In this document: one piece after another, positions 10,041 through 19,381 of the stretch
Layout: each line of letters opens with the position of its first letter
Position numbering within the stretch: position 1 is the stretch's first letter
Assembly (NCBI GenBank): GCA_024421085.1
Contig: JAHQYN010000003.1
Coordinates: 4,721-68,720, forward strand
Reading direction: 5' to 3'
Length of the DNA: 64,000 nucleotides
Origin: Acidimicrobiia bacterium
GTDB taxonomy: Bacteria; Actinomycetota; Acidimicrobiia; Acidimicrobiales; Aldehydirespiratoraceae
Made by a program: the position numbers and the translations under genes
Notes under the pieces: generated by a model
Seen by the model: the letters and a program-made list of their open reading frames with translations, nothing else
Databases searched by the model: none
Told to the model about the DNA's origin: nothing

Positions 10041-13000
10041 GTGACGGCAACCGACGCCTCTGAACAGCACGGTCCCAACGACTGGCTGATCGACGAGATG
10101 CGGGCGCGTTGGAACGCAGACCCGGCTTCGGTGGACCACGAGTGGCGGGTGATTTTCGACGGCGAGAACGGAACCCGTACCGCTGCGACGACCTCAGCCT
10201 CCACCCTGATAGAAACCACCGCCCGCAGCATCACCGCCGACCCGCACCCGCCCCGTCAACCACCTGCGGCGGCTCCGGCCCCGCCTGGAACCGGCACAGT
10301 CCCGCCGCGTCAACCACCTGCGGCGGCTCCGGCCCCCCCCGGAACCGGCACAGGCCCGCGCCCCCCCCCCCCCCTTCCCCCGACTGCCGCGGCTCCGGTT
10401 GCGCCCGGAACCGGCACAGTCCCGCCGCGTCAACCGACTGCGGCGGCTCCGGTTGCGCCCGGAACCGGCACAGCTCCGATCAGGGGCAGCGGGGCGCGCA
10501 TCGTGGCCAACATGGAAGCGTCGCTCGGCGTGCCCACGGCCACCAGTTTCCGGGAGGTCCCGGCGAAGCTCCTCGAAGTCAACCGCAAGATCATCAACGG
10601 CTACCTCGGACGCAAGATGTCCGACAAGGTCTCCTTCACGCACCTCATCGGCTACGCGGTCGTGCGGGCGATCGCCGATGAGATGCCGGTCATGAACAAC
10701 TCGTTCAGTGAGGGCCCCGACGGGGGCCCCACACTGGTGCGCAACCCGCATGTGGCTCTCGGCGTCGCAGTCGACATCGCCAAGTCAGACGGCTCCCGCA
10801 CGCTCATGGTCCCCTGCATCAAGCAGGCCGACACCCTCAACTTCCGGGAGTTCGCCAACCGCTACGAAGACACGATCCGCCGTGTCCGCAACAACGAGTT
10901 AAGCCCCGACGACCTCACCGGCACGACCGTCACCCTCACCAACCCGGGCACCATCGGCACGCTGCAGTCCGTGCCCAGGCTGATGCCGGGCCAGGGCCTC
11001 ATCGTCGGGGTCGGCACGATCGCCTACCCCACCGGCTTCGAAGCCGCGGATCCCGCCACTCTGGCCGATCTCGGGCTCTCGAAGGTCGTCACGATCACCT
11101 CCACCTACGACCATCGGATCATCCAGGGCGCCGAGTCCGGGATGTTCCTGCGCAAGGTCCATGACCTGCTGCTCGGCAGCGACGACTTCTACGTCAAGGT
11201 CTTCCAGTCGCTGGAAGTTCCCTACGAGGCGGTCCAATGGCGCCGCGATGTCAATCCGGTCGACCGCGAGGGGTCACTGCTCGAGAAGCAGGCCAAGGTC
11301 AACCAACTGATCAACATGTACCGGGTCCGCGGCCACCTCATCGCCGACCTCGACCCGCTGCAGGTCAAAGAGCCCAAGATGCACGCCGAGCTCGACCCGG
11401 CGACCTACGGGCTCACCATCTGGGACCTCGACCGCGAGTTCCTCACCGGCACCGACACGGGCATCTATGCGATGGTCGGCGACACCCCGAAGATGGCTCT
11501 GGGCGACCTGCTCGGCGTGTTGCGCGATGCCTACTGCCGAACGGTCGGCGTCGAGTACATGCACATCCAGGACCCGGTGGAGAAGCGCTGGATGCAGGAG
11601 CAGCTCGAGGGGGCAGACTCCCACATCGAGCCCGACGAGCAGCGTCACATCCTCAGCCGGCTCAACGCCGCCGAAGCACTTGAGACGTTCCTCGGCACGA
11701 AATACCTGGGTCAGAAGCGGTTCGGCATCGAGGGGGCCGAGAGCACGATCCCGCTCGTCGATGGGGTGCTCGGCGCTGCGGCAGACAGCCGCATGGCCGG
11801 CGCGGTGATGGGCATGGCGCACCGGGGCCGCCTGAACGTGCTGGTCAACATCGTCGGCAAGACCTACAAGGAGCTCTTCATTGAGTTCGAGGGGGGCGAC
11901 ATCGAGCAGATGACCCAGGGGTCCGGCGATGTCAAGTACCACCTCGGCCAGAAGGGGGTCTTCGTGAGCCGCAACGGCAACGAGCTCCCCCTGGAGCTGG
12001 CCGCCAACCCGAGCCACCTCGAAGCCGTCGATCCGGTCGTGGTGGGGATGGCTCGGGCGCAGATGGACCTGATCGACCCCGAGAGCGGATACGGCAGGTT
12101 CCCGGTCCTGCCGCTGCTGATCCACGGCGACGCAGCCTTCGCGGGGCAGGGGGTGGTCGCCGAGACCCTCAACCTCTCGCAGATTCAGGGATACCGGGTG
12201 GGCGGCACGATCCATGTGATCATCAACAACCAACTCGGCTTCACAACCACGCCGGACGTGGCCCGCTCCTCGGAGTACTCCACAGACGTGGCCAAGATGA
12301 TCCAGGCACCGATCTTCCATGTCAACGGCGACGACCCCGAAGCCTGCGTGCGCGTGGCCCGCCTGGCGTTCGCCTACCGTCAGCGGTTCAACAAAGATGT
12401 CGTGATCGACATGATCTGCTACCGGCGCCACGGACACAACGAGGGCGACGACCCCAGCTACACACTCCCGGAGATGTATCGCCGGGTCGATGCCCGGCCC
12501 TCGGTGCGGGCCCACTTCACCGAGGCGCTCACCAAGCGCGGTGACCTGACCCCGACGCAGGCCGAGGAGGCCCTAGCGGACTTCCGAGCACGCCTGCAGT
12601 CGGCGCTCGACGAGACACGCGGGATGGCCACCGACCCCGACGCGCGCGCCGCGCACCCACCGCAGCCCGTCGGCGTCCTGCCCCATGTGCGAACCTCCAT
12701 AGACCACGTCAGCGTGCAGCGGATCTACCGGGCGCTGTCGATCATGCCCGACGGGTTCACGCTCCACCCCAAGCTCGCCGTGCAGTTCGAGAAGCGCGAC
12801 GAGATGTTCTCAGCCGGCGAGGTCGACTGGGCGTTGGCCGAAGCGATGGCCCTCGGCTCGCTGCTGCTGGAGGGCAACAGCATCCGGCTCGCGGGCCAGG
12901 ACACCCGCCGCGGCACCTTCAGCCACCGTCACTCGACACTGGTCGACTACCAGACCAGCGCCGAGTACGTGCCGTTGGCGACCCTCGCCTCCGGAGACAC

Positions 13001-13847
13001 GCGACTGTGGATCTACGACTCGCTGCTCTCGGAGTATGCGGCTCTGGGCTTCGAGTACGGATACTCGATCGCCAACCGCGAGGCGCTGGTGATGTGGGAG
13101 GCGCAGTTCGGCGATTTCGCCAACGGCGCCCAGATCATCATCGACCAGTTCATTGTGGCCGCCAAGGACAAGTGGAACGAGGAGACCGGTCTGGTCATGT
13201 TGTTGCCCCACGGCCTCGAGGGACAGGGGCCCGAGCACTCCTCGGCCCGTGTCGAGCGTTACCTGCTGCTCGCCGCAGAGGACAACATGCAGATCTGCAA
13301 CGCCACCACGGCCGCCCAGTTCTTCCATCTGCTGCGCCGTCAGACGCTGCTGAACGTGCGGGTGCCGCTGATCGTGTTCACGCCCAAGTCGCTGCTGCGG
13401 GCACGGGCCTCGCGCTCGCCGGTGGGGCACCTGTTGTCGGGAACGTTCGAGGAGGTTCTCAAGGATCCCGGCGAACCCGACCCCGCGTCGGTGAGACGGG
13501 TGGTCCTGGCCAGCGGCAAGGTCGCGGTCGACGCCCTGGCGCAGCGCGACCGCACGGGGGCACCGGTGGCGATCGTGAGGGTCGAACAGCTCTATCCCTG
13601 GCCCTATGATGCCATCGCCGCGCAACTGGCCCGCTACTGGGCGGCCACAGAGCTTGTCTGGCTTCAAGAAGAACCCGAGAACATGGGCCCGTGGAACGCC
13701 ATCAAGGGGCGCCTGTACGAAGCGCACGAACAGACGCACTCGATTCGCCGGGTCAGCCGTGTCGAGTCCGGCAGCCCAGCGTGTGGCAGCGCCAAGGTCC
13801 ACGCCCAGGAGCACGCCGAACTGCTGGGCAAGGCCCTCAACCTTTGA
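10041..13847 (+). CDS. kgd: multifunctional 2-oxoglutarate decarboxylase/dehydrogenase E1 with E2-like succinyltransferase domain (Kgd/OdhA type)
   Basis: Pro/Ala linker, then an E2-like core with YDHRIIQGAESG, then an E1o ThDP domain (RGHLIADLDPL, HGDAAFAGQGVV). The track start is 10008; the in-frame GTG at 10041 is preferred. Confidence 0.9.
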   Translation: MTATDASEQHGPNDWLIDEMRARWNADPASVDHEWRVIFDGENGTRTAATTSASTLIETTARSITADPHPPRQPPAAAPAPPGTGTVPPRQPPAAAPAPPGTGTGPRPPPPLPPTAAAPVAPGTGTVPPRQPTAAAPVAPGTGTAPIRGSGARIVANMEASLGVPTATSFREVPAKLLEVNRKIINGYLGRKMSDKVSFTHLIGYAVVRAIADEMPVMNNSFSEGPDGGPTLVRNPHVALGVAVDIAKSDGSRTLMVPCIKQADTLNFREFANRYEDTIRRVRNNELSPDDLTGTTVTLTNPGTIGTLQSVPRLMPGQGLIVGVGTIAYPTGFEAADPATLADLGLSKVVTITSTYDHRIIQGAESGMFLRKVHDLLLGSDDFYVKVFQSLEVPYEAVQWRRDVNPVDREGSLLEKQAKVNQLINMYRVRGHLIADLDPLQVKEPKMHAELDPATYGLTIWDLDREFLTGTDTGIYAMVGDTPKMALGDLLGVLRDAYCRTVGVEYMHIQDPVEKRWMQEQLEGADSHIEPDEQRHILSRLNAAEALETFLGTKYLGQKRFGIEGAESTIPLVDGVLGAAADSRMAGAVMGMAHRGRLNVLVNIVGKTYKELFIEFEGGDIEQMTQGSGDVKYHLGQKGVFVSRNGNELPLELAANPSHLEAVDPVVVGMARAQMDLIDPESGYGRFPVLPLLIHGDAAFAGQGVVAETLNLSQIQGYRVGGTIHVIINNQLGFTTTPDVARSSEYSTDVAKMIQAPIFHVNGDDPEACVRVARLAFAYRQRFNKDVVIDMICYRRHGHNEGDDPSYTLPEMYRRVDARPSVRAHFTEALTKRGDLTPTQAEEALADFRARLQSALDETRGMATDPDARAAHPPQPVGVLPHVRTSIDHVSVQRIYRALSIMPDGFTLHPKLAVQFEKRDEMFSAGEVDWALAEAMALGSLLLEGNSIRLAGQDTRRGTFSHRHSTLVDYQTSAEYVPLATLASGDTRLWIYDSLLSEYAALGFEYGYSIANREALVMWEAQFGDFANGAQIIIDQFIVAAKDKWNEETGLVMLLPHGLEGQGPEHSSARVERYLLLAAEDNMQICNATTAAQFFHLLRRQTLLNVRVPLIVFTPKSLLRARASRSPVGHLLSGTFEEVLKDPGEPDPASVRRVVLASGKVAVDALAQRDRTGAPVAIVRVEQLYPWPYDAIAAQLARYWAATELVWLQEEPENMGPWNAIKGRLYEAHEQTHSIRRVSRVESGSPACGSAKVHAQEHAELLGKALNL
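10251..10478 (+). repeat. about four imperfect 54-bp (18-aa) tandem repeats in the kgd linker, including a C14 homopolymer at 10361-10374
   Basis: Encoded PPRQPPAAAPAPPGTGTV units. The C-run is read as cg[c ccc ccc ccc ccc c]tt, encoding RPPPPL. Confidence 0.85.
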
Positions 13848-15012
13848 GCGCCGCGTCCGCGCGGGCAGCTTCGAGAACCGCTGCTGCGTCGTCAGTATCG
13901 AGTGCAGTGATGCGGGCTCGGGAGAAACTCGAACCGTCGGCCGCAGCGAGAATGAACCAGGTGGTGCCGGGTGCCAGCGCGATTGCGCCTCCGTCGGCAC
14001 CCCTGAGGTCCCAGGCGGGCGACTCGACGGACCTGCTCCAAGTGCCCTCCACGACGCGCCCCCGCGTGAAGACCTGGACTGGACCGGTGTTGAAGGACTT
14101 GGCCTCGGGCGAAGCCGGGTCGGCCGGCGAGACGCCGTAAACGATCTGCACGACGACCACATTGGCGGGCGCGACTTCCACCTCGGCGCCGTCTCGCAAG
14201 ACGGTGTGGAGAGTTCCGTCCTGCACCCGCACCCAGCCGGCGGTCGCCGGGTCCCACAGATGGCTGACCCGCCGCCCGAAACTGGCTTCGTAGGCGACCT
14301 CCACACCCCCGACCGCAGAACCGGCACCCTCGGGAAGCTCACCGTGGACCACGATCGGCGCGGGCACACCGGCGCCGAGAGACTCGATCATCTCCATGTC
14401 TACCCAGAGGTTGTAAGGCGCGCTGCGCGAGTTCAGACGGGAGTACGGGTCCAGCAGGCGCAGCGCGCCCGCGTCCACGAACACACCCCGGTTCACCGCC
14501 TCACGCAGTTCACCCAGTGTCACGGTGTTGGCACCGGAGAACGCCAGCGCCGGCGCTCCGAGCCCGGCCAACAGGTCGACGTCGGTGGTTCTGGCCGAAC
14601 GGACCGGCCCTACCTCAGGAGGCGTCTGCGACTGGAACACCGCCAAGAAGCGAGTCTTGAGCCCTTCGATCAGTTCCTCAAAGACGATGTCGGCCTCAGC
14701 GAGCCCCACCTGTGGCCGGGACTGATCATTGTTGTTGCCGACCTTGACCGCGACCGCAGGCCCACGAGCAGCCGCGGCATCGGCCGCGGGCAGCCCGGTG
14801 AAGGGGGCGAGGGGGCCCTCCACCAGGGTCGTCGTGCTGGTCCGAAGCTCGGGGGCCGCGGCGGTGCCGGCGCTCACCGAAGCCGACGGGAAGACCGGCT
14901 CCGGCTCCGGCTCCGCTGCGGGTCCATTGGCCTCGATCCGGCTCCCGCCGTCAAGACACGCCGCGACCAGCAGCACCGACAGCGCGACCGCGGCCAGCAG
15001 CAGCGTCCGCAT
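13837..15012 (-). CDS. DUF3048-like secreted lipoprotein
   Basis: Start reset to MRTLLLAAVALSVLLVAAC (lipobox). ...RPAVAVKVGNNNDQSRPQVGLAEADIVFEELIEGLKTRFLAVF resembles the DUF3048 core. Confidence 0.7.
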   Translation of the reverse strand: MRTLLLAAVALSVLLVAACLDGGSRIEANGPAAEPEPEPVFPSASVSAGTAAAPELRTSTTTLVEGPLAPFTGLPAADAAAARGPAVAVKVGNNNDQSRPQVGLAEADIVFEELIEGLKTRFLAVFQSQTPPEVGPVRSARTTDVDLLAGLGAPALAFSGANTVTLGELREAVNRGVFVDAGALRLLDPYSRLNSRSAPYNLWVDMEMIESLGAGVPAPIVVHGELPEGAGSAVGGVEVAYEASFGRRVSHLWDPATAGWVRVQDGTLHTVLRDGAEVEVAPANVVVVQIVYGVSPADPASPEAKSFNTGPVQVFTRGRVVEGTWSRSVESPAWDLRGADGGAIALAPGTTWFILAAADGSSFSRARITALDTDDAAAVLEAARADAALKG

Positions 15013-15740
15013 CAAAGCTCCCTCAGGGCGTCGATACGATCCTGCAGCCGGGGCTGCACCCCCGGGTCGGCATCGAGCGGCCCGATCATCCACAGATGCC
15101 GGGTGGTGCGGGTGCAAGCCACGCCGCTTCCCTCAGCGGCCTGCTCGAACGCCCCGACGAGCGCCGGAGGATACCGGGTCATCCGCACCCCTTGGACGTC
15201 GGTGAGCACCACTCGCTGAGCATCAAGCTGCGCTCGACGCACCGTCTCTGCCAACGGGCCGAGCAGGGGCCCCACCGAGGCCAGGGTCGTGGCGGCATGC
15301 ACGCCGGAGCTGAACTGGGCCAGTTGCCGTGCCACCACCACTTCGAGCTGCAGTCGGTCCAGCTTCTGCAACGCCCCCGTCGTGACCACCAGATGAGTCT
15401 CACCGGGCCGTGCAACGACCGCGGAGTCGGGGGCGCAAGAATCGACCACATGCAGTTGAGGCTCGGCGATCCCGTGGCTTGCGCACAAGCTCGCGACCAG
15501 GCTCTCTAGGCGCGGCTGCGTCCCCGGCCGAAGCGGAGTCGCGGAGATGGCCCGCAGAACCGCGGCGGGCGCGCGCCTGTCGAGCGCGACCGCAGATGCG
15601 CCGGCGACCGCTGCGCCGACGACCGCGGCGACGACGATCCTCGGGCCGAACGGCGACAGCAGCGCCACCAGCGACGCGGCGAGCAGCCCGACCGCGAATG
15701 CCGGGATGAGTAAAACCGATCGGGGTGCCGCTGTGGGCAT
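15012..15740 (-). CDS. M48/HtpX-like membrane protein with degenerate active site
   Basis: Start reset to MPTAAPRSVLL, because the longer ORF would overlap pimA. There are N-terminal TM segments. The HExxH position reads VARQLAQ. The stop overlaps the next start by 1 nt (TGATG). Confidence 0.5.
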   Translation of the reverse strand: MPTAAPRSVLLIPAFAVGLLAASLVALLSPFGPRIVVAAVVGAAVAGASAVALDRRAPAAVLRAISATPLRPGTQPRLESLVASLCASHGIAEPQLHVVDSCAPDSAVVARPGETHLVVTTGALQKLDRLQLEVVVARQLAQFSSGVHAATTLASVGPLLGPLAETVRRAQLDAQRVVLTDVQGVRMTRYPPALVGAFEQAAEGSGVACTRTTRHLWMIGPLDADPGVQPRLQDRIDALREL

Positions 15741-15840
15741 AGAGGTGCTCTCCGCAAGATCTGTGGTCCGCGGTGGTTCGGCCGCGAGTCGATTCGTCGT
15801 CGGTCCAGAATATCGGCGCTCAGGCAGTCTCAGCGCCCGG

Positions 15841-16911
15841 TCAACGCAGCAGTGCCCGGTAACGCTGCAGATACAGCTCCGCGAGGCGGTCCATGGAGAA
15901 CTCGTCGGCCCTGTCGTTTCCCGACACGACGAGCTCGGCTGCTTTGCGGCGGTCCGCCAGCAAGCCGCCGACCGCCTCTGCCAACGCCCGGTGGTCTCCA
16001 GCCGGGAACAACAAGGCATCGCGGCCCTGCCTCGACGCGTTGGCGTAACCGCCGATATCGGACGCGACTACCGGAGTGCCCGCAGCCATCGCCTCCAGAA
16101 GGACGATCCCGAACGACTCACCGAACAGCGAGGGCGCGCAGAAGACGTCGGCGCCGCGCAGTCGAGCCGTCTTGTCGGCCTCGTCGATCGGGCCCAGCCA
16201 TTCGAGCCTCGGGTCGCCGCCGTAGGCCGACTTGAGCCGCTGCGTCTCCGGCCCGCTGCCAGCGATCCAGACCCGGATGTCGGCCGGAAGCAGCTTCACC
16301 GCCTCGAGCAGGACCTGCAGTCCCTTGCGCTCTTCGTGGCGGCCGACGAACAGCACAGTCGGCGAACCCGATGCGTGGGCCGGGCTCTGGCGGTAACGGC
16401 TCACCTCCACCCCGTTGAAGAGCATGCCGTACTCTCCGCCGAGGTGGCGCATCGCCAGTTCGCGGGCATCTTCAGAGACCGCTACACGATCATCGAGGCG
16501 GGCGGCGAGGTAACGGACTGCCTTGGGCATCAATTCATACGACAACGACCGGCCCGCAGCATGGAAGGTCCCGATCAGCGGTGCTGGCCGGGTCAGCAGC
16601 GCCGTCGTAGTGGGCCCCGGCGCGAGCGGTTCGTGCAGGTGGATCACGTCGAACGCCTCGTCGCGCATGGCGCGGATGACGCGGAGCTGCGCTGACGGGT
16701 CCGGCGCCACCGGGGCAACCGACCCGTTGGTCGACGCTGGCAGGCTCAGGCCGAGGGGGGTCACGCCTGCGTCGGGGGGCGGGCCGTCGCAGGGCGCGAG
16801 CACCCGCACCGCGTGGCTGCGCCTCCGCAACGCTCTCGCCAGCGCCAACACCTGCGACTGGACCCCGCCGGGCATCGTCAGGCTGTAGGGACATATCAAG
16901 CCGATGCGCAT
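15841..16911 (-). CDS. pimA: GT4 glycosyltransferase, phosphatidylinositol alpha-mannosyltransferase-like
   Basis: N-terminus MRIGLICPYS...GGVQ and C-terminal PSLFGESFGIVLLEAMAAGTPVVASD. Synteny pgsA-acyltransferase-pimA matches mycobacteria. Confidence 0.8.
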   Translation of the reverse strand: MRIGLICPYSLTMPGGVQSQVLALARALRRRSHAVRVLAPCDGPPPDAGVTPLGLSLPASTNGSVAPVAPDPSAQLRVIRAMRDEAFDVIHLHEPLAPGPTTTALLTRPAPLIGTFHAAGRSLSYELMPKAVRYLAARLDDRVAVSEDARELAMRHLGGEYGMLFNGVEVSRYRQSPAHASGSPTVLFVGRHEERKGLQVLLEAVKLLPADIRVWIAGSGPETQRLKSAYGGDPRLEWLGPIDEADKTARLRGADVFCAPSLFGESFGIVLLEAMAAGTPVVASDIGGYANASRQGRDALLFPAGDHRALAEAVGGLLADRRKAAELVVSGNDRADEFSMDRLAELYLQRYRALLR

Positions 16912-17822
16912 CAGAGGCCGCGCAGGTGCTCGGGCAGCGGCAGGTTCAGCGCCTCATAGTCGCTCGGCCAGTTCGGCGACAGCATGTGCCACTGCTCCGG
17001 CGCCTGCGAGATCAGATACTCGAAGTCTCGTGCCAGGTCTTGGGTAAGCCGGGCGACATCTTGGCGGAGCTTGCCGCGCCGTGTGGTGTCGAGCGGCGCG
17101 GTCGACACGGCATGGCGAGTGTTGCCGCGCCAGTACACCGCCGAGGGGATCAATGGCGACCCGGTGCGCAGGGCCAGGGTCGCCGGGCCCGCCGGAAGCG
17201 TGGTCCGCTCGCCGAAGAACTCCACTGCAACGCCGTTGCCCTGTATGTCTCGGTCTGCCAGCAGGCACAGCACCCGGCCCTGCTTCAGCGCCTGAATGCT
17301 GGATCTTGCGGCGTCGGGCCCCAGAGGCACGATGCTCATGCCCAGGCCCTCGCGAAAGCCCCTGAACCACTCGAACACTTCGGGAGGCTCCAGCGGTTCG
17401 ACTACTGCGGTGACCTGGAATTTCGGCACCAGAGCGAGCCACCACGCCGCCCATTCCCAAGTACCGAGGTGGGGCAGGGCCAGGATCGGCCCTTGGCCGC
17501 GCTCCACCGCCGCGGCGATCTCACCGAACCCCTCGTAGCCGAACCGCTGATCGATCTCGGTGACCGGGACACTCGGCAGACGGAAGCTCTCGGCGTAGTA
17601 GCGGGCATACCACTCGAACGTCTTAGCCACCCGGCGGCGCCGCTCGGTTGCTGACATGCTGCGTCCCAGCACCCGTTCGAGGTTGCGGGCCGCGACCAGG
17701 CGCTTCTGCCCGGCGCCGACCGCGGAGGAGGCGGCGACGGCACGCGCGGCCGCGTTCTGGACAACGACGGGTACGCGGCGGGCCAGCAGAGACCCCGCCC
17801 GGTAGGCGGAGACCGATGCCAC
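16911..17822 (-). CDS. HtrB/LPLAT-family acyltransferase (PIM acyltransferase-like)
   Basis: PHLGTWEW (an HX4-type acyltransferase motif region). It sits between pgsA and pimA. Start set at the in-frame GTG just after the pgsA stop; the track ORF extends to 18014 and overlaps pgsA. Confidence 0.7.
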   Translation of the reverse strand: MASVSAYRAGSLLARRVPVVVQNAAARAVAASSAVGAGQKRLVAARNLERVLGRSMSATERRRRVAKTFEWYARYYAESFRLPSVPVTEIDQRFGYEGFGEIAAAVERGQGPILALPHLGTWEWAAWWLALVPKFQVTAVVEPLEPPEVFEWFRGFREGLGMSIVPLGPDAARSSIQALKQGRVLCLLADRDIQGNGVAVEFFGERTTLPAGPATLALRTGSPLIPSAVYWRGNTRHAVSTAPLDTTRRGKLRQDVARLTQDLARDFEYLISQAPEQWHMLSPNWPSDYEALNLPLPEHLRGL

Positions 17823-17824
17823 GC

Positions 17825-18565
17825 TCAGCCTTCGCGCAGCGTCCGACGTTCCCGCATCCGCTGGGCCCAGGCCGACTCGCTGCGTCCCCCCGGGCGCTGA
17901 CGGAGCCGGCGACGAGGGCGGGGGGCCGGAAGCGGCCTGTCTGTCGACGCTTGGCGCCATACTTTGACGAATCGCTGCACAGCGGTCACCGTGGTGAGTG
18001 CGAGCATGATCCACAGGACCGGTATCAGTATCTCGGGGAACAGCAGCGCCAGCGCGAGCATGATGATGCGCTCGGCGCGCTCCATGATCCCGCCCTTGGC
18101 GTCATAGCCGAGCGACTCGGCCTTGGCCCGCTGGTACGAAACGAAACTAGCCGCCGCCATGACGGCCACCGGCAGCATCATGATCCGGCCCGGCTCGGTG
18201 CCGGCGAGATGCCAAGCGACGCCGCCGAACAGCAGGGCATCGGCCAACCGGTCCGAGACCGAGTCGAAATAGGCGCCCCTGCCGGATCCCGAGTCGGCGG
18301 CGCGGGCCACGGCCCCGTCGAGCGTGTCGGAGATCCCGGCGATCAGCAAGAAGAGCAGGCCGATCCGCAGGTAGCCAGCACCGATCGTCGCTGCCGCGGC
18401 GGTCGCGGTGACGATCCCGACGACGGTTATGAGGTCTGGGGTCACGCCGGTGCGCCGCAAGCTGTGGCCAATCGGGGTGAGGCTGCGGTCAACGGCCGTG
18501 CGCCAGTTTCCGTCGAACATGAAACGCTCCTCCCGAGACTCGTCCCACGATAGCCCGAATCGCAC
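17825..18565 (-). CDS. pgsA: CDP-alcohol phosphatidyltransferase (phosphatidylinositol-phosphate synthase type)
   Basis: DTLDGAVARAADSGSGRGAYFDSVSDRLAD matches the D(x2)DG(x2)AR...G(x3)D(x3)D motif. Polytopic membrane protein. Confidence 0.85.
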   Translation of the reverse strand: MRFGLSWDESREERFMFDGNWRTAVDRSLTPIGHSLRRTGVTPDLITVVGIVTATAAAATIGAGYLRIGLLFLLIAGISDTLDGAVARAADSGSGRGAYFDSVSDRLADALLFGGVAWHLAGTEPGRIMMLPVAVMAAASFVSYQRAKAESLGYDAKGGIMERAERIIMLALALLFPEILIPVLWIMLALTTVTAVQRFVKVWRQASTDRPLPAPRPRRRLRQRPGGRSESAWAQRMRERRTLREG

Positions 18566-18683
18566 ACTGTTGGCGAGTTCGAGTGACCCAGGCGATTCGC
18601 CGCATCAGAACCGGAGCCAGACCTGCTAGCGTTCTCGCGTCAACAGGATCCTTGCGAAATCCAACACCCTGCCCGAGCGACCG

Positions 18684-19212
18684 GTGCCCATGTCTGACGA
18701 ATCCACAAGCGACCACTTGCACCTTCCCGACCTTTCGATCAGCAATTTCCGCGGAATCGAACACCTCGAGATTCCCCGACTGGGACGCGTCAACCTGATC
18801 GCTGGACGCAACGGAGTCGGCAAAACCACGGTACTTGACGCAGTGCGCGTCTACGCGGCGAGGGGCCGTTCAAGACTTCTGGAAGAGTTGCTGCGCCAAC
18901 GCGAAGAGTTCGTGAACGCCTTTGACGAAGACTACGGCCCAGATTTCATCGCTGATTTCTGGGATACACCATTCGGCCCAGAAGGATTTCTGGAGCATGG
19001 TTCTCAGGACCGCGCAACGAAACAACGTACAGGTGCTAGCAACCACACATAGCTGGGATTGCGTAGCGGGCTTCGCTCAGGCATCCGCCGAACTTAACGA
19101 CGTTGAGGGGGTCCTCGTTCGCCTCGAAGAACAACAAGTCGGTGTCAGGGCCATCGAATACACCGAAGCCGACCTCATGCTAGCCGCAGAGCGACGCATT
19201 GAAGTGCGGTAA
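18684..19212 (+). pseudogene. internally deleted, frameshifted ABC-type AAA ATPase (AAA_21 / OLD-ATPase-like)
   Basis: The N-terminal ORF carries Walker A (LIAGRNGVGKTTVLDA). A second frame from ~18922 carries a C-terminal region (VQVLATTHSWDC...IEVR). Together they make only ~175 aa, whereas proteins of this family as I recall them are roughly 350-450 aa (not checked). Confidence 0.7.
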
Positions 19213-19381
19213 TCACTTGCGCCAACACCCCGACGACGCGACAACCGCGGTGTTGCCCACGGAACCGGCGGCGCAACCACCGATGGAGGCCGCCCACCTA
19301 GCGTCTCGGTAGTTGGCGTTTGCCATGTGCTGTCTCCGATTCTCAAGGGAAGGTGATCGACACGAGGTAGCGTAAACGGCC

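Noticed and set aside
11274-12515. 413-aa ORF antisense to kgd. Similar long antisense or overlapping ORFs include 5923-7158, 4798-5814, 12810-14369, 13606-15219, 15547-16695, 19343-20554, 28617-29756, 37071-37892, 45712-46656 and 48396-49448.
   Set aside because: They overlap genes with clear family motifs, have Arg/Pro/Gly-rich compositions typical of GC-driven shadow frames, and show no recognisable motif.
17880-17895. An apparent frameshift. I read a run of 5 C here, which would merge the acyltransferase start frame into the pgsA C-terminal frame.
   Set aside because: The ORF-track translations on both strands require 6 C, and the coordinates on either side agree with the track. I attribute this to my miscounting of a homopolymer, not to biology.
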